Shown: positions 50,952 through 63,980 of the stretch, one piece after another
Position numbering within the stretch: position 1 is the stretch's first letter
Layout of the letters: every line of letters begins with the position of its first letter
Assembly: GCA_017499595.2 (NCBI GenBank)
Contig: CM039001.1
Span: 1,364,001 to 1,428,000, forward strand
Reading direction: 5' to 3'
DNA length: 64,000 nucleotides
Source: Psilocybe cubensis
Lineage: Eukaryota
Notes under the pieces: generated by a model
What the model was told of the DNA's origin: nothing
The model's input: only the letters and a program-made list of their open reading frames with translations
Database searches by the model: none
Program-made: the position numbers and the translations under genes

Positions 50952-53152
50952 ATGGCAACGCCGACAGCTATCAACACAACGTTGGTCGTTTTTTGTTGGA
51001 TTCTCCGTGTTCTTCCAAAGCTGATACATTGATGTAGTTTCGGAGCGGCTTATATTGGCGTTGTAGCGGCTGGTGTGTATGTATTCACTCCATCAAATTT
51101 TCATGTATTTTTCCTCGGCTGACAGTTGACTCCTATCTGGTTAGGCTCTACGGAGGTGCGTTTGTTCTCCTCTCTGCTCTTATCGATTTGTCGACCTTTC
51201 CCCTTGTCTCGCAGTCTCTTTCGTGCAAGCGACGTACTATTTCATCAAGTATCGTCAAGTAGGTTTCCCTCGCCTGTTTCTGCCTTTTTGTTGATTTGCG
51301 ATTTTATTTTATCGTCTGACAGGATGTCTGGTACATCAAAACACTCGTAGGTCCTACTATGATCTGTGTCCGCTTCTTTAGGTCTACAAGTGTCTAGGTT
51401 GGGGCCGTATGGTTCTTTGAAACGGTTCACCAAGTGCTCATCTCTCATACTGGTCAGTTTGTCATGATTTTTTTGCCATATTTGGGACTTGTAACTGAAA
51501 ATTTCCAAGTATATTATTACGTTATCACCAACTACAACAATCCAAATACCCTTGGGGATATAGTGTGGTACGTTGTTTTTGTTCCCTACGTCGTGGTAGT
51601 GAGACTATTAACACTGGTATAATTCCAGGAGTGTCCTGGTAAGCTCTCGTCTTTTTTCTAAGCCATGTTTCTTAACATGATATCGCTGTGAAAGCTTGAA
51701 GTACTGTTCAATGTATGTCTACCATGATGGCGGGTTTTCTTTTTTCTTCTCACGGCGTTCATCTTAGGGACTCATTGGGTTGTTGGTTCAAGGGTGAGTA
51801 GTCCACTTTTAACTATTGACATTATTCCTAATGCCTTGCATCAGCTTCCTCACGCTGCGTGTATGGAAACGTTGGTGTCTGTCTGCGATGCGAGTCATGC
51901 ATGTTATTGAAGAGTTTTACAGTCAGCGATCACAACGTTCCACTGACGCTAGCTGTGGTACGTGGTTTTTGTATTACCGCGGGTATCTGTACTAAACCAT
52001 TGCCGACAGAGCTCACTGGTTCTTGCGTGCTTTGGTAAATATCTGTTTTCCTTCGGGGCGCCTTCGACTGCAGATTGATTATTTGACAAGGTTGTTCCGT
52101 CGGTATGCTTCTACCACATGGGTACATTGAGGTTATCTGAGAAAATTGTTGGGCTCCTAGCTTTCACTGTGCAATCGTAAGTCTTTCGTCCTGAATGAAT
52201 GCGCTATGTCTCATTACATTACCATACTACAGCATGAAGTTGCACACATGGGTTGAGCTGGGCGAATTGAAGGTCACTTTTACTGTTTAAATATGTTTAA
52301 TGTCAGCTATAATCGTCTCGACAGGGACTTTCTATGGCAGTTAATTTGCTAGGGGCAGTCGCCGATGTGGTCATCGCCGCGGCTCTGTTCTTCTTCTTGC
52401 ATAGTTCACGAACTGGCTTCAAGAAGTAAGTTTTGTAGCTTCTTTTTTGCCCGTGGTACACGTTAAGCTTAATATTGGACATAGATCAGACACCATGATC
52501 AGCAAATTGGTAGGCTGGATGTCCGATATTCGGACGATGCTGTGTATTTAATGGACCCCTTCTCTTAGATAGCGTTCACTGTCAGCACTGGACTGTTGAC
52601 CAGCATCTGTGCCGTTGCTTCGCTTGTCTCTGTAAGTTTTTCATATGTCCTGATTTTGCATCGTTATCTCACGCGCTCCAAGATACTTGCCTCTGGTAAT
52701 ACACTCATTTATGTTGCGTTCTACTTCTCTCTTGGTCGCCGTAAGTCAAATGGAACTTGCCGACTGTTAGGGTCCAGCTTAATTCCTGTTCAGTATACAG
52801 CAACTCTGTGCTGGCTACACTGAACGCGCGCGAAAGCATCAGAAAGCTCGGCGAAGATAGCGACGAACTATCGTTTTCCCTGCAGAGTCTTGCAAAGAGT
52901 GGGCAGCGTAACCCCAACTCAGCGGTACGGGCTAATCCTGCAGATTCATTTTACTGTCAAGGGAGGCGGGGATTTTCTGATTGTTTCCTAGAGGTCGACA
53001 AATATATCGATCAAGATCGATACGATGCACGATTACAACCGTGAACACGGCATGGATATGGCAGAGCCTGGGGTGAGTGGTGGTAGGTTTGATTGAAAAG
53101 ATGATATATCTGAGTGAATGGTTAGTCTGCGGCGACAGAAAAGTCATTCTAG
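50952..53152 (+). CDS. DUF6534-type multi-pass membrane protein (~23 exons)
   Basis: Spliced: T|FGAAYIGVVAAGV|LYG|VSFVQATYYF..D.WYIK..ETVHQVLISHT|VYYYVITNYNNP..ADVVIAAALFFFLHSSRTGFKK|SDTMISKL|IAFTVSTGLLTSICA..IYVAFYFSLGR|LYSNSVLATLNAR. Confidence 0.85.
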
Positions 53153-53845
53153 AGGACTGGAGCAATCGATTCTTGATGTATTTATATAGCGGATGGAATA
53201 TTAGGGCAAATGGAGTGTGTAGCGATGTATGGACTGAAAATGAAAATAGCAGCAGTAGACGCTCGAATGGCCTGATTTGGAAGTTGCAGATCACACGTTC
53301 AACTTGCTCTGTCAGTTGTCAGTGGACATGAACCAACACCAGTCTCAACTCTGAACTAGACAATTTTCCAGAACGCTCGACCCCTGTCCGTCGATATTGT
53401 ATTGGGCTATCTGGCGCGGTGGCTCTTGTGCCGGAGAGCGCGATGCTGGTGCCTGATGAGGACAGGTGTAGCGTTGATGGGCCGCTTCTTGCAAATCTCG
53501 CTGTGGACGCATTTCTGTGCAGCACAGACAGGCGAGAAGGGCGCCTGCTAAATGCAGATTCTCGTGGGTGCTTTTGGACGATTTCTACATGGGATCTGCA
53601 TCGATCTGTGTGCGCGCAGAGGGCGGTCCTGAAGGAAACATCTGGCTGCCTAGTTGAAAACAAAAGTGATGTCTGTCGCTGCCTCGTGTGTGCGCCATGC
53701 CATAAGCAGCAACAGAACTCCTCAACCGCGGACTTGTCTTGTCCTTCTCCCAATCGGGTCTGATCCTATCCTGTTGGTCCCTTGCTCATAATTTACTTAA
53801 ACCCTCATCGACATCCATCCTCCGTATTTTATATTCCCCCCATCC

Positions 53846-55984
53846 ATGGCCTTCCTCCTTCTCCTCCTCTTTATTCTTTTATTTATTTGCAGGCTCTTCC
53901 TCCGTCAGGCTGCCACCAAAAGACCCTCTCTGCCCCCAGGTCCAAAGGGTCTCCCGCTGGTCGGCAATATTCTCGATATGCCCTCTGATAAAGAGTGGCT
54001 CACTTTTGCCCAATGGGGTGAAACTTGGGGTGCGCTCCTTTTCTTTTTCCCTCTGACCTCATCTTATCAGGTCATAGGTGATATTTGTTCCGTTACTGTC
54101 CTTGGTCAACCAGTTATTATCCTCAATTCTGCAAAGGTTGCACGCGACATGTTGGACAAGAAAAGCGCCATCTACTCTGACAGACCCGTTCTCCAGATGG
54201 GCGGTGAGCTTGTCGGCTGGAAAAATACTATGGTTCTTTTGCCCTACGGTGACCGCTTCCGCCGCTACAGGCGTCTTTTCCATAGCTTGATTGGGAGCCA
54301 GTCAGCAGTAAAGCGTTTCTACCCAGCCGGGGAGCTCGAAGCTCGGAGATTCCTACGCCGCCTTCTCATCAAGCCAGACGACTTGTCGGCTCAGGTCCGC
54401 ATGTACGCATCTATTCTGCTTCAAATTATTCTCCTGCTAATTTATCACGATTTTAGAACGGCAGGCGCAGTGATCCTCAGAATATCGCACGGATATGAGG
54501 TCAAAGAGTGTCATGATCCTTTCGTTGAAATCGCCGACCTCGCTACAGAGCAGTTTTCTTTGTCCACCGCTCCCGGTGGGTTCCTGGTAGATTTAATTCC
54601 AGCTTGTGTGTTTCCCCCCTTTTTTGGCAAACTTCAAATTCTCATATATCAACGCAGTGCGTCATGTTCCCAAATGGTTCCCTGGAGCTGGATTCCGCCG
54701 CAAGGCAGACCAGTGGTCTGCTACGCTCTCTGAGATGGTCGATGGACCCCACAATTTCGTCAAGCAACAAATGGTAATATCACGTTTATTTTCCCTACCA
54801 ATACCCAATCTTGATTCTATCTTTTATCTCAGGCATCTGGAACTGCTCAAGTTTCCTTCACCTCAACGCTATTGGAAGGAAAGTGCCTCTCAGCTCAAGA
54901 AGAATTTGACATCAAATGGAGCGCCGCCAGTTTGTACTCCGGTTTGTAAAGTTCCATTTTACCAGGATTACTCGAGGATTTACATTCGTCTCCCTCATCG
55001 GATCAATAGGCGCTGCTGATACGGTACGTCATGCAATCCTATTTTTTCAGCCTATTTTACGTCGGGATTCTCACGATTTGGGTCGTTGTAGACTGTTTCT
55101 ATGGTCAATTCGTTTTTCCTAGCTTTAGCTCTGTATCCAGAGGCTATGAAGAAAGCTCAATCAGAAATTGATACGGTCGTTGGAAACGAACGTTTGCCAA
55201 ATTTTGAAGATCGGCCTAACCTCCCCTACAACAACGCCCTCTTTTTGGAAGTCTTGAGATGGCATACAGTCGTCCCCACTGGTACAATTTTCAGTTCCAC
55301 CTTTTTTAATATTCTCTGAAAACAGCTATGTAGCGGTCCCCCATCGACTGATGCAAGACGATATCCACGAAGGCTATTTCATTCCCAAGGGCGCTTTGGT
55401 CATCCCTAATATCTGGTGAGTGTCATTATAACACATAATGAATTGTACATCTAGAATACTCTCGTTAGGAAATTCGCGCATGATCCTAGAGTGTACAGCA
55501 ACCCGTTCGAATTCAACCCGGAGCGATTTTTGCCCGCGAAAGGAAGGGTACCAGAGCCAGACCCACGGGAGTTCTGCTTTGGGTTTGGTAGAAGGCAAGT
55601 TCATCCCTTCTGTCTCTTGGCTCACTGCTTATCATGCTTCCAATGATCCCAAAGAATATGCCCAGGTGCGCGGTGTTACTCTGGTTCTATCAGCGTATAA
55701 TCTTCTCTAAATTGCATTTGAATAGGGCTTCACCTTGCAGACGCCTCCGTTTTTATATCTTGCGTCATGTCCTTGGCAGTGTTCAATGTGTCCAAATGTG
55801 TTGAGAACGGTGTGGTCATTGAACCCGTTCACGGGAACACAACTGGGACGATAAGGTGAATTTTTGTTCTTCTGTATTTATTTCATTATTGTTGACATTA
55901 TTCAACAGCCACCCAGAGCCATTCAAGTGCAGTATCAAACCGCGCTCAGAAAAGGCCGTCTCGCTCATACTCGCAGAGCCATAA
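53846..55984 (+). CDS. Cytochrome P450 (CYP64 clan, CYP5144/CYP5037-like)
   Basis: Motifs: LPPGPKGLPLVGN; AIYSDRP; SLYSG|AADT|TVS; EVLRW (ExxR); FNPERF; FGFGRR|ICPG heme motif. Confidence 0.93.
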
Positions 55985-56239
55985 AACCACTCCCTCCTTT
56001 TATTAGTATCTTTATTCAATATCTTGCGCTTTATCTCATATCACGTATACCCTCCCTTATTTTGTATTGTCCCTTGCAGGCACGGTGACGCCTGTAGATA
56101 TGACTTTTTTCGATTTTTTTTGTGGGGTATTGCTGCTATCTAGATGTACAGGGAATTGCTGGAATGTGTAATATGGGTGCGAAATAGAGAGTTTTCCGTC
56201 TGTGCTTCAATATTTGCATGAGGTTAGCTGCTGACTTGA

Positions 56240-57246
56240 TCATGACGGTTGAACATCCTCCATCTCAATGTCCTTCGTTGTCGATTCTGGCTGGTCATCG
56301 ACGACCATGCTAACGTTAGATTTTTCGGCGCTAACGACACCAGAGGAAGTTTCCGAGTTCATAACATTAGGCTCGGGAAGGGCAATAGGGGGGTCATTTG
56401 TTTCTTTACTACTGGACGTGTTTTGGGTAGTAACATCAAGGTTATCGGCAGCATTCGTAGGTGTTTCAGCGGGAGCTTCAGAATTCAGCGGCTCGGAAAC
56501 AGCGGTAACCATAGGTGCTGTATCGGCAGCCTTAGTCTCTCCGTCTACCTGATCTTGCGCAGTGTTCTCCGGCTTAGTTTCAGCAGTTAGAGCGGCTTCT
56601 GTACTTGTCGTTGTTCCGTTTTGCGCAACTATGGGTGATTAGTTGAGTTTAAGTGTTCCGTGGGTCAAGGCAAACGTCAGATAGGCATCGGTAACGACGG
56701 CTACGAACCTTTCGGTGCGGACTGTGCGGAACCAGGGTTCTTCTCGTCGTTAAGGATTTTTTGCAGCGTCTGTTGCATACTCTCCAGTATGGGCGCGTTA
56801 GGCTGAACATTCGCCACGGCACGTTCAATTATCGGGTATCTGGTGAGATTTGGGCGGGAAAGTCAGTATGGTTCGATGCGAGGTCTGGCAGCTGTACCGC
56901 TTTATCGAGGAATAGTTTCACCTCTGCACTTCTTGGTTGAGCTCGTGGAGAGCCCCCGCGACGGTCTGGAAGTGCATGCCCTGATCATTAGTCATTCGCT
57001 TGCGCGCAATACGCTCAATTCCCTCTTTAAAGCTCGGGTATGATTCCTAGAAGACATTATTTGTCGATTCCGTGCAGACAGACAGCGCAAAACCGTACAT
57101 CTTGTTGAAACTGGGCGAGCAGTTCTCGGCGCAGACGTTCGAACTCTCCCGTTTTCTTAAACCTGATGAGAGTGAGAGACAAAACAAAGTGGTATTAGTG
57201 ATTGGGCTTACTCGTCCACAAGAGCCGCTGGGGTGTCGATGGGCAT
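56240..57246 (-). CDS. BOD1/SHG1-domain protein (COMPASS-associated Shg1-like)
   Basis: MPIDTPAALVDE|FKKTGEFERLRRELLAQFQQD, followed by an acidic, low-complexity C-terminus. Confidence 0.75.
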
Positions 57247-57488
57247 AAGAGTGGATGAATGAAGGAGTGGCGGCAGCGGACGAACTGTTAATCATGAGAG
57301 CGATAAGATTAGATCAAAATAACCGCGCGATCTGGTGCATCCATCGCACACCCGACAACCCGACTCCCCGCTTAACCACATTCCCCATCTTTGCCGGCTT
57401 GCTTTTTCACAAACAACGTGGAATCGTGCCCATTGCGTATATAAAACTATAAAACCGTGTAACGGCGTCAGAGTACCTCGCCGAGACC

Positions 57489-58758
57489 ATGTCTTCTGCT
57501 GTTGACTTCCCTCCTCTCAAGAACGATCTACTACTACGCGCCGCTCGAGGTTTGTCAGAGTCTCTGCAACTCATATCTGATAACTTTGATCTCAAGAAAT
57601 TATTCTACAGGAGAGCACACCGAGCGCGCGCCCGTATGGGTCATGCGTCAGGCAGGCAGATATCTTCCTGGTCTGTATTATTACGCTCTCAGATCTCAAA
57701 ATCGCACCTCTTAACATATACACAGAATTCCGCAAAGTACGCGAATCGCACGAGTTCTTCGAAGTCTGCCGCACACCAGCGCTCGCGACCGAAGTCACTG
57801 TGCAGCCCATCCGCAGGTACTCGGGGCTGGTCGACGCATCGATCATCTTCAGCGACATCCTCGTCGTCCCACAGGCAATGGGCATGGAGGTGCTCATGAA
57901 CCCTGGGCCCCAGTTCCCCGACCCGCTCGTCACTCCAGCAGACATCAGCAAGCTCAACAAGACCGTCGATGTCGAGAAAGAACTCGGTTACGTTTTCCGC
58001 GCGATCACCGAGACCAGGATCGCGTTGAACGGCGAGGTGCCTCTGATTGGATTTTGTGGCGCCCCGTGGACTCTGTTCGCGTACATGATCGAGGGCGGCG
58101 GCAGCAAAACACTTCAAAAGGCCAAAACCTGGCTGTTCAAATACCCAGAAGAATCCAAGGCGCTCCTCCTGCGGATCGCAGACGTCTGCGTCGATTTTTT
58201 GGTCGGACAGGTGAAAGCGGGTGCTCAGGCGCGTGGTTTTCGTTTTTCTACCTCTTGTTGTTTTATTCATATTCACATTCCACTACCAAACAGCTGCTAC
58301 AAGTGTTTGATTCTTGGGCTGGAGAGCTTTCGCCATACGATTTCAACCAATTTTCATACCCCACCCTAAAACATATATCCAGCAATGTTAAACGCCGCCT
58401 ATCAGAGGAGAACCTCCCCGTTGTTCCTATGACCTTGTTCGCAAAGGGTGCTAACTACGCTCTTGGACATCTTGCCCAGAACGCTGGTTATGACGTACTC
58501 GGACTTGACTGGCTTATTGACCCAGTCGAGGCTCGACGGATAGTGGGAGACAAAGTGGCCTTGCAAGGTAACATGGACCCGAATGTACTTTACGGTGGAA
58601 GGGATGCGATAGAAGCTGCAGTCAAGAGGATGGCCGAAGGCTTCCGCGCAGGTAAAGGTGGATGGATTGCGAATCTGGGCCATGGTATCACCCCTGGAGT
58701 CGACCCCGAAGATCTACGATGGTTCTTCGAGTGTGTTCAGAAGTATTCTGCTCTATAG
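57489..58758 (+). CDS. HEM12: Uroporphyrinogen decarboxylase
   Basis: Motifs: FPPLKNDLLLRAARG|EHTERAPVWVMRQAGRYLP|EF; DASIIFSDIL; PLIGFCGAPWTL; QVFDSWAG; LQGNMDP; IANLGHGI. Confidence 0.98.
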
Positions 58759-59116
58759 TTCTGGAAAATTAGAAAACGATGCGAATATTTATGTAAATTT
58801 TAAATGTTTTACTTAGCCAAAAGAAACGATTAGAAAAGCAATAGACGCGATGGGTCGCATTGATTTGCAAGGGAACGTGTAAGGGTTCATTGACGTGGAA
58901 TACTGGGAGAGAAATCATTGTACAATAGATAGATGTCATGATATGAATAGAAACAGTACTATAACATGGCAGGTTGGGGAATAGTGGAGATGCACATAAC
59001 AGTGGGATGGATAACAAGTTGGAAAATATAACGAATATAAACCTGAGAGAACTTTCTTAGCTATAACCAAAACAATGACCGATGAGGGGAAAAGAGATAT
59101 ACAATACAATGGGCAT

Positions 59117-61370
59117 TTATGCCACAACGTCAGCAGCACTGAAGCTACTTCGCCTGCGTCGGACGCTTCTCAAGCCGGGACGCTCGGATTTGGAAGCAGG
59201 TACTACAACAGAAGCTACGTTGTTAGGTACCCATCCCTCAGCATTGGCTTTCTTGTCAGCGCTGGGCTTGATAGCTGCAACATCGGTCAAGGAAGAAGAA
59301 TTCTGGGTATGCGCTCGTTTGCCTGCAAGGGTTGGTAGGCGAGAGGGAGTAGGAGGGACCGCATTGGCGTTGTTACGCAACGTTCTAGGTTGAATTTGTT
59401 GTACATTCGCAGCAGCTAATGCCCTCGCTGCTGAGGTAGTCTTCGTTGTAGCTAGTCTCGGTATTTTGTTGGGACCTTGACGGGATGCTTTGATCGGCGA
59501 ATCCGGGGCGGCTGCCCCTGTCCCAGCCTTTTGAATAACAGATGCGTTTGCTGTTGATCGTGTGACACGCGATGGACGCTGATCAGAGGCAGTAACACCC
59601 CGTGAAGGTACGGTCTTCACTTTGCGCGTCGGTGGAGCGATACCCAGTGCCGGCAGAACGTCAGACGATTCGTCTTCATCTTCGTCATCGGAATCTTGAG
59701 CGACACGCTTCGCGTTTGGTGTCTTACGAGGCTGTCCTGGAGGTGCAATTGCCTTGGCCTGCGCAGCAGCGGCAGCAACATGACGACTGGGTGTCACTGG
59801 CGGTAGCGCTATTTTCTGCGATTTTGGAGTTGTCTGCATGACCGCATCATCATCGGCTTCTGCAGGAGGTGTCGCAGGAGTAACGATAGGGATAGGTACT
59901 GGTGAAGTGGCAGCCTGCGCCTGAGCTTGAGCTTTCTTGATTTCGTCTACAGCAGCCCATTTCGCCCATTCTAATTGTTTGAGGTACATGTATTGTTGTT
60001 GGGGTCCCACAACAGTACCAGGTCGTACTATACGCATAAAGGCTATGGCTTCATTGGCTGTGAATCCGTATTTCCATATCAGATAAGCGCCGATGAGGGT
60101 ACCCGTTCTTCCAAGCCCTGCTTTACACTGTAAAGAAACAATAAGTTTGAAAATAAAGAAAGTAGTAAGTGAAGCATACATGAACGGCAACTACTCCACC
60201 ACTTTCTACAATGCGATCGGCGACGTCCAAGAAGGTCCGCACAATTTCATCTGTGGGATTCGTCCCATCATCAAAGTAAAGCTCCATATGATCAATTCCC
60301 CGGTCCAAAAAGGTATTCCGGTCATAAAGTTCGGTATTTAACCGCACGACGAGTTTGATATTTCGCTTTTCGAAGTAGTCCAAGCAGTTGAGGTAAGGTG
60401 TGGGAAGTTTTCGCTGAAGAGCTAGATTGGACCCAGATGAGGAAGGGGTACGGGAGATGGAACCGGGATTGGAGGAATTGGTACTTTCTTTGGCTTCTTT
60501 CTCGCGTTTTATCCAGTTGGTATCGACGGGTGATGCGAAAGCAATGAAGTTTGGTGTTAACCAATTCCAGTCACCATTTTCCACCTTTTCGTAATATTCG
60601 TAATCTTCCACACTAAATTCGTTCATGTCGCATAAGCCGTGTTGCATAGCCTTCCATAGTCCCCAGAGACAGTCTTGTATACTCAAATTGAAGTCAGAAG
60701 GACCACGCCCTGCGTCTCGGAATGGCATGAACTCTAGTTCCGCTATTGGATGGAAGGCTTCCCATGGTGCTCGACGTTGCACAATCATCTACATGGCACT
60801 ATCTGTGAACCATAGAAATACACGAGGCACGAGGCAGGCAAATTACCACATATAATGCCATAAGAAGAGCAGCGTTAGCCTTTCTCTTAGGGTCATCCGA
60901 TGAGTAGAGGACCAATCTATGCGAGGCCAAATCCTTATCCTGGAAAACAATAAAGTTGCCGCACGTGAGTGGCACGAGGAGGATGCATGGATGGTTATCG
61001 CGCCTTACCTCGAGGAGTTCATGTATGAGGATGCACGCCTTGTATACCATGGCAAGATTCAGAGGGCCCCAGTCTTGAAAGAAGGATAGATAGAGAAGCT
61101 GGTCGTCGATCGTGAAATAGTAGTAGGATGCATAATGGTCAGAAGTGCTTGCAGAAGAGCTGCCCTTCGGCCGTGAGCGAATGCGCGGCTGATTGCCATG
61201 TTCCGAGTCCTGCTTGTTGAGAGCGTGCGGCGGCGGAGGAGGATGGGGAAAAGTGGTGAAATAAAGCCTGAAAATATTGTGTTGAACTTTGTTGGACCTG
61301 ATAAATTGGACCTGAAGGCGGAAAAATACCTGTCACCAAAGACACAGAGTGGCTCGCAGTTGGGAGCCAT
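59117..61370 (-). CDS. CDC14: Dual-specificity phosphatase Cdc14
   Basis: Motifs: DWGPLNLAMVY; ANAALLMALY; FMPFRDAG; YEKVENGDWNW; YFDDGTNP; catalytic VAVH|CKAGLGRTG; RIVRPGTVVGPQQ. Confidence 0.97.
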
Positions 61371-61496
61371 TGATAAGAGAAAATATTGGAGGATTAGACG
61401 CGTCCGTGTTGGATATAGGTGAACGAGGTTGTTTGTTGGAGAAGGTTGCGGTCAAGTTGCAAGCCTCGCACCAACCCACGTTCACGAACAGATCAA

Positions 61497-61508
61497 CATC
61501 ACGTGATG
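61497..61508. promoter_or_regulatory. Perfect 12-bp palindrome CATCACGTGATG (E-box/bHLH site candidate)
   Basis: Lies in the 520-bp divergent promoter between CDC14 and the CYP512-like P450. Confidence 0.4.
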
Positions 61509-61890
61509 GTCAATGTTTACTCTTTCCCCTCGTCCTGGCCTCAGGCTCATCTCCCAAATCAAGGTTTATGCCATATCATATCATTCCCCATTGGCAGCTC
61601 TGAGCTGACGATCTCGTTATTGTCTCTATACCTTTTTGACCGTTATCTACCGTGTGGCTTGCCGATTGCAAAGACCGGTCACAAGTCTATCACTCTCCAG
61701 CAAAATCCCAAAGGTATCCATATGAGCGCTTGTCATCGCATAGTATGGGTCGGCTACTTAATCCGTTCCTTTCGAGTGCAAAACCCTGCATATCTTACGT
61801 TTCTGTTGTCAAATGATTCATTACACGCATATAAATCATGATCAGGCCATTGTAGTCTCGATATTGTCTCGATAAACCCCCAGCTGCAGC

Positions 61891-63980
61891 ATGGATTTTT
61901 CCACTGATACACCGTTTCTCTCAGCGCTTGCACCTATTTTTCTAGGCTACCTGATTTATCTCTGGTGGAATGCGACGACATATCAGGTATTGATATTGCC
62001 ATCCTGATAATTTGTTTCTATGTCTTATTATGTTGGAGTTGAAACACATCCCAACGATTGGATCACCCGGGATTCTGCTCTCTTATTTCGACGCTTTCCA
62101 GTTTCCCAAGATCGGACATGAAATGATTCATGATGGTTATTCTAAGGTTCCCCCTTCCTTGCTCTATTCGAATGTGTGTTCATCATTGAACGACCAGTAC
62201 TACGGGGGTGCCTTCAAAGTGTCGATGATGTCAAAATGGATGGTCGTAATCACAGGCCCAGATATGATCAATGACATTCGAAAAGCGTCTGACGAACAGC
62301 TCTCGTCCAGAGCAGCAATTGCAGAGGTTATACCATGTCAATCATCGAAATCCACTAACGCTGAAGCCAATACAGACCGCTCAGTCTGATTACATGATTA
62401 GCCCCAGAATCAGCACTGACCCCTACCACGTAGGCGTTGTTCGGACTCCGTTAACCAGACATCTCGGAACCCGCTTCAATGATATTAAAGATGAGATAGC
62501 ATCCAGCTTCTCTGACTTGGTACCCTGCAAAGGCGACGGTATGTTTTGCATTGGACTTGAATTACCCGCGAACTAATGGTAGACAAACCCATAGAATGGG
62601 CCTCCATACCTGTTTATAAAACAATTGTTAGCATTGTTTGCAGAACATCCAATAGGGTATTTGTGGGGCTCCCTCTTTGTAAGAACAAGGATAATTTGCT
62701 CCAAACAATCATGACCAAAACTGTCTCTAGGTCGAAATCCTGAATATCGTGAGCTCAATGAGCAATTTACTTTGGATGTCGTGGCCGGTGCACAATTTAT
62801 CAATATGTTTCCCAAAATCCTCAGACCGTGCGTCCAATGTACTGCTAGTATTAAATCCATTGTTAATTATTTACTTCAATTTGGGCAGTGTTATAGGTAG
62901 ACTTCGAACCAAAGCATCTCGAAGGATAGAAACTGCGATTTCCCTTGCTGGACCTCTATTTCAGGAGCAATTGGATAAAGAAACTCAGTACGGCAAAGAT
63001 CGTCCTGACAAACCAGTGAGAATGTCATTGAACCTTATTATGCGTTGTTAATTTTAATCCGAATTTCATAGAATAATCTGATTAGCTGGTTGATCGATGT
63101 GGCAGAAGGCGAACAACGGGATATACGAGATTTGGTCATTCGACTGCTCTCTGTCAATTTCGGGGCTATACACACAACGTCCATGGTCCGTACCTTTTTT
63201 ATATTACTGGGTTTTTACTGATATGACTGCAGGCTTTCACCCATATTCTTTACGACCTAGCCACCTACCCAGAATATGTTAAACCTTTGCGGGAGGAAAT
63301 AGAATCCATAATAGCTACTGAAGGGTGGACAAAAGTGTCTACTGTGAATATGCATAAGGTTGACAGCTTTATTAAAGAATCTCAACGTATTGCTGCTAGC
63401 GGCCGTAAGTGCTCTCACTCGCATTATCCTCATATGCACTAACTTATTTGGATACCCAGTGATGATGAGACGTGTAGCAATGAAAGATTTTACGTTTTCT
63501 AATGGAATCACCGTTCCTGCCGGGACACATTTGGGCTTTGCAACCAGTGCTACACACATGGATGAGGTAAAAACGGACTGTGATGTTATTCACTCCAAGC
63601 CACTGACGTGACTTGTAGAGCAAGTATGACAATCCGTCAGAATTCCAAGGATTCCGGTTTGCGGAACTGAGAGATAAGGAGGGCGAAAGCAAGCAACACC
63701 AAATGATATCTCTCAGTTTGGATTACGGGGTCTTTGGAATAGGGAAGCACGCCTGGTAGGTTTACTAAACGCGCTTTCGTAAAATCGGGTTGTTGATCAT
63801 AACTCTAGTCCGGGCCGTTTCTTCGCGGTAAACGAACTCAAGACGATGCTTGCGCATGTTCTTTTGAATTATGATGTCAAATTGGTTAAGGAAAAGCAAA
63901 GGCCAGAGAATTGGTGGATGTCAGCAGGTTGTATTCCCAATATGACCGCTGAGCTGATGTTCAGGAGGCGTCAAGCCTGA
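61891..63980 (+). CDS. Cytochrome P450 (CYP512-like / ent-kaurene-oxidase-like)
   Basis: Motifs: [43 protein letters not shown] (ExxR); [27 protein letters not shown]. The frame stays intact when spliced. Confidence 0.93.

Noticed and set aside
53419..53763. Cys-rich 114-aa ORF and CTGATGA motif upstream of the P450
   Set aside because: No recognisable domain or signal peptide, an equally long antisense ORF overlaps it, and no snoRNA or ribozyme partner motifs are present.
53846..55984. P450 as part of a secondary-metabolite cluster
   Set aside because: No terpene synthase, PKS, NRPS, decarboxylase/kinase/methyltransferase set or transporter lies nearby within the window.
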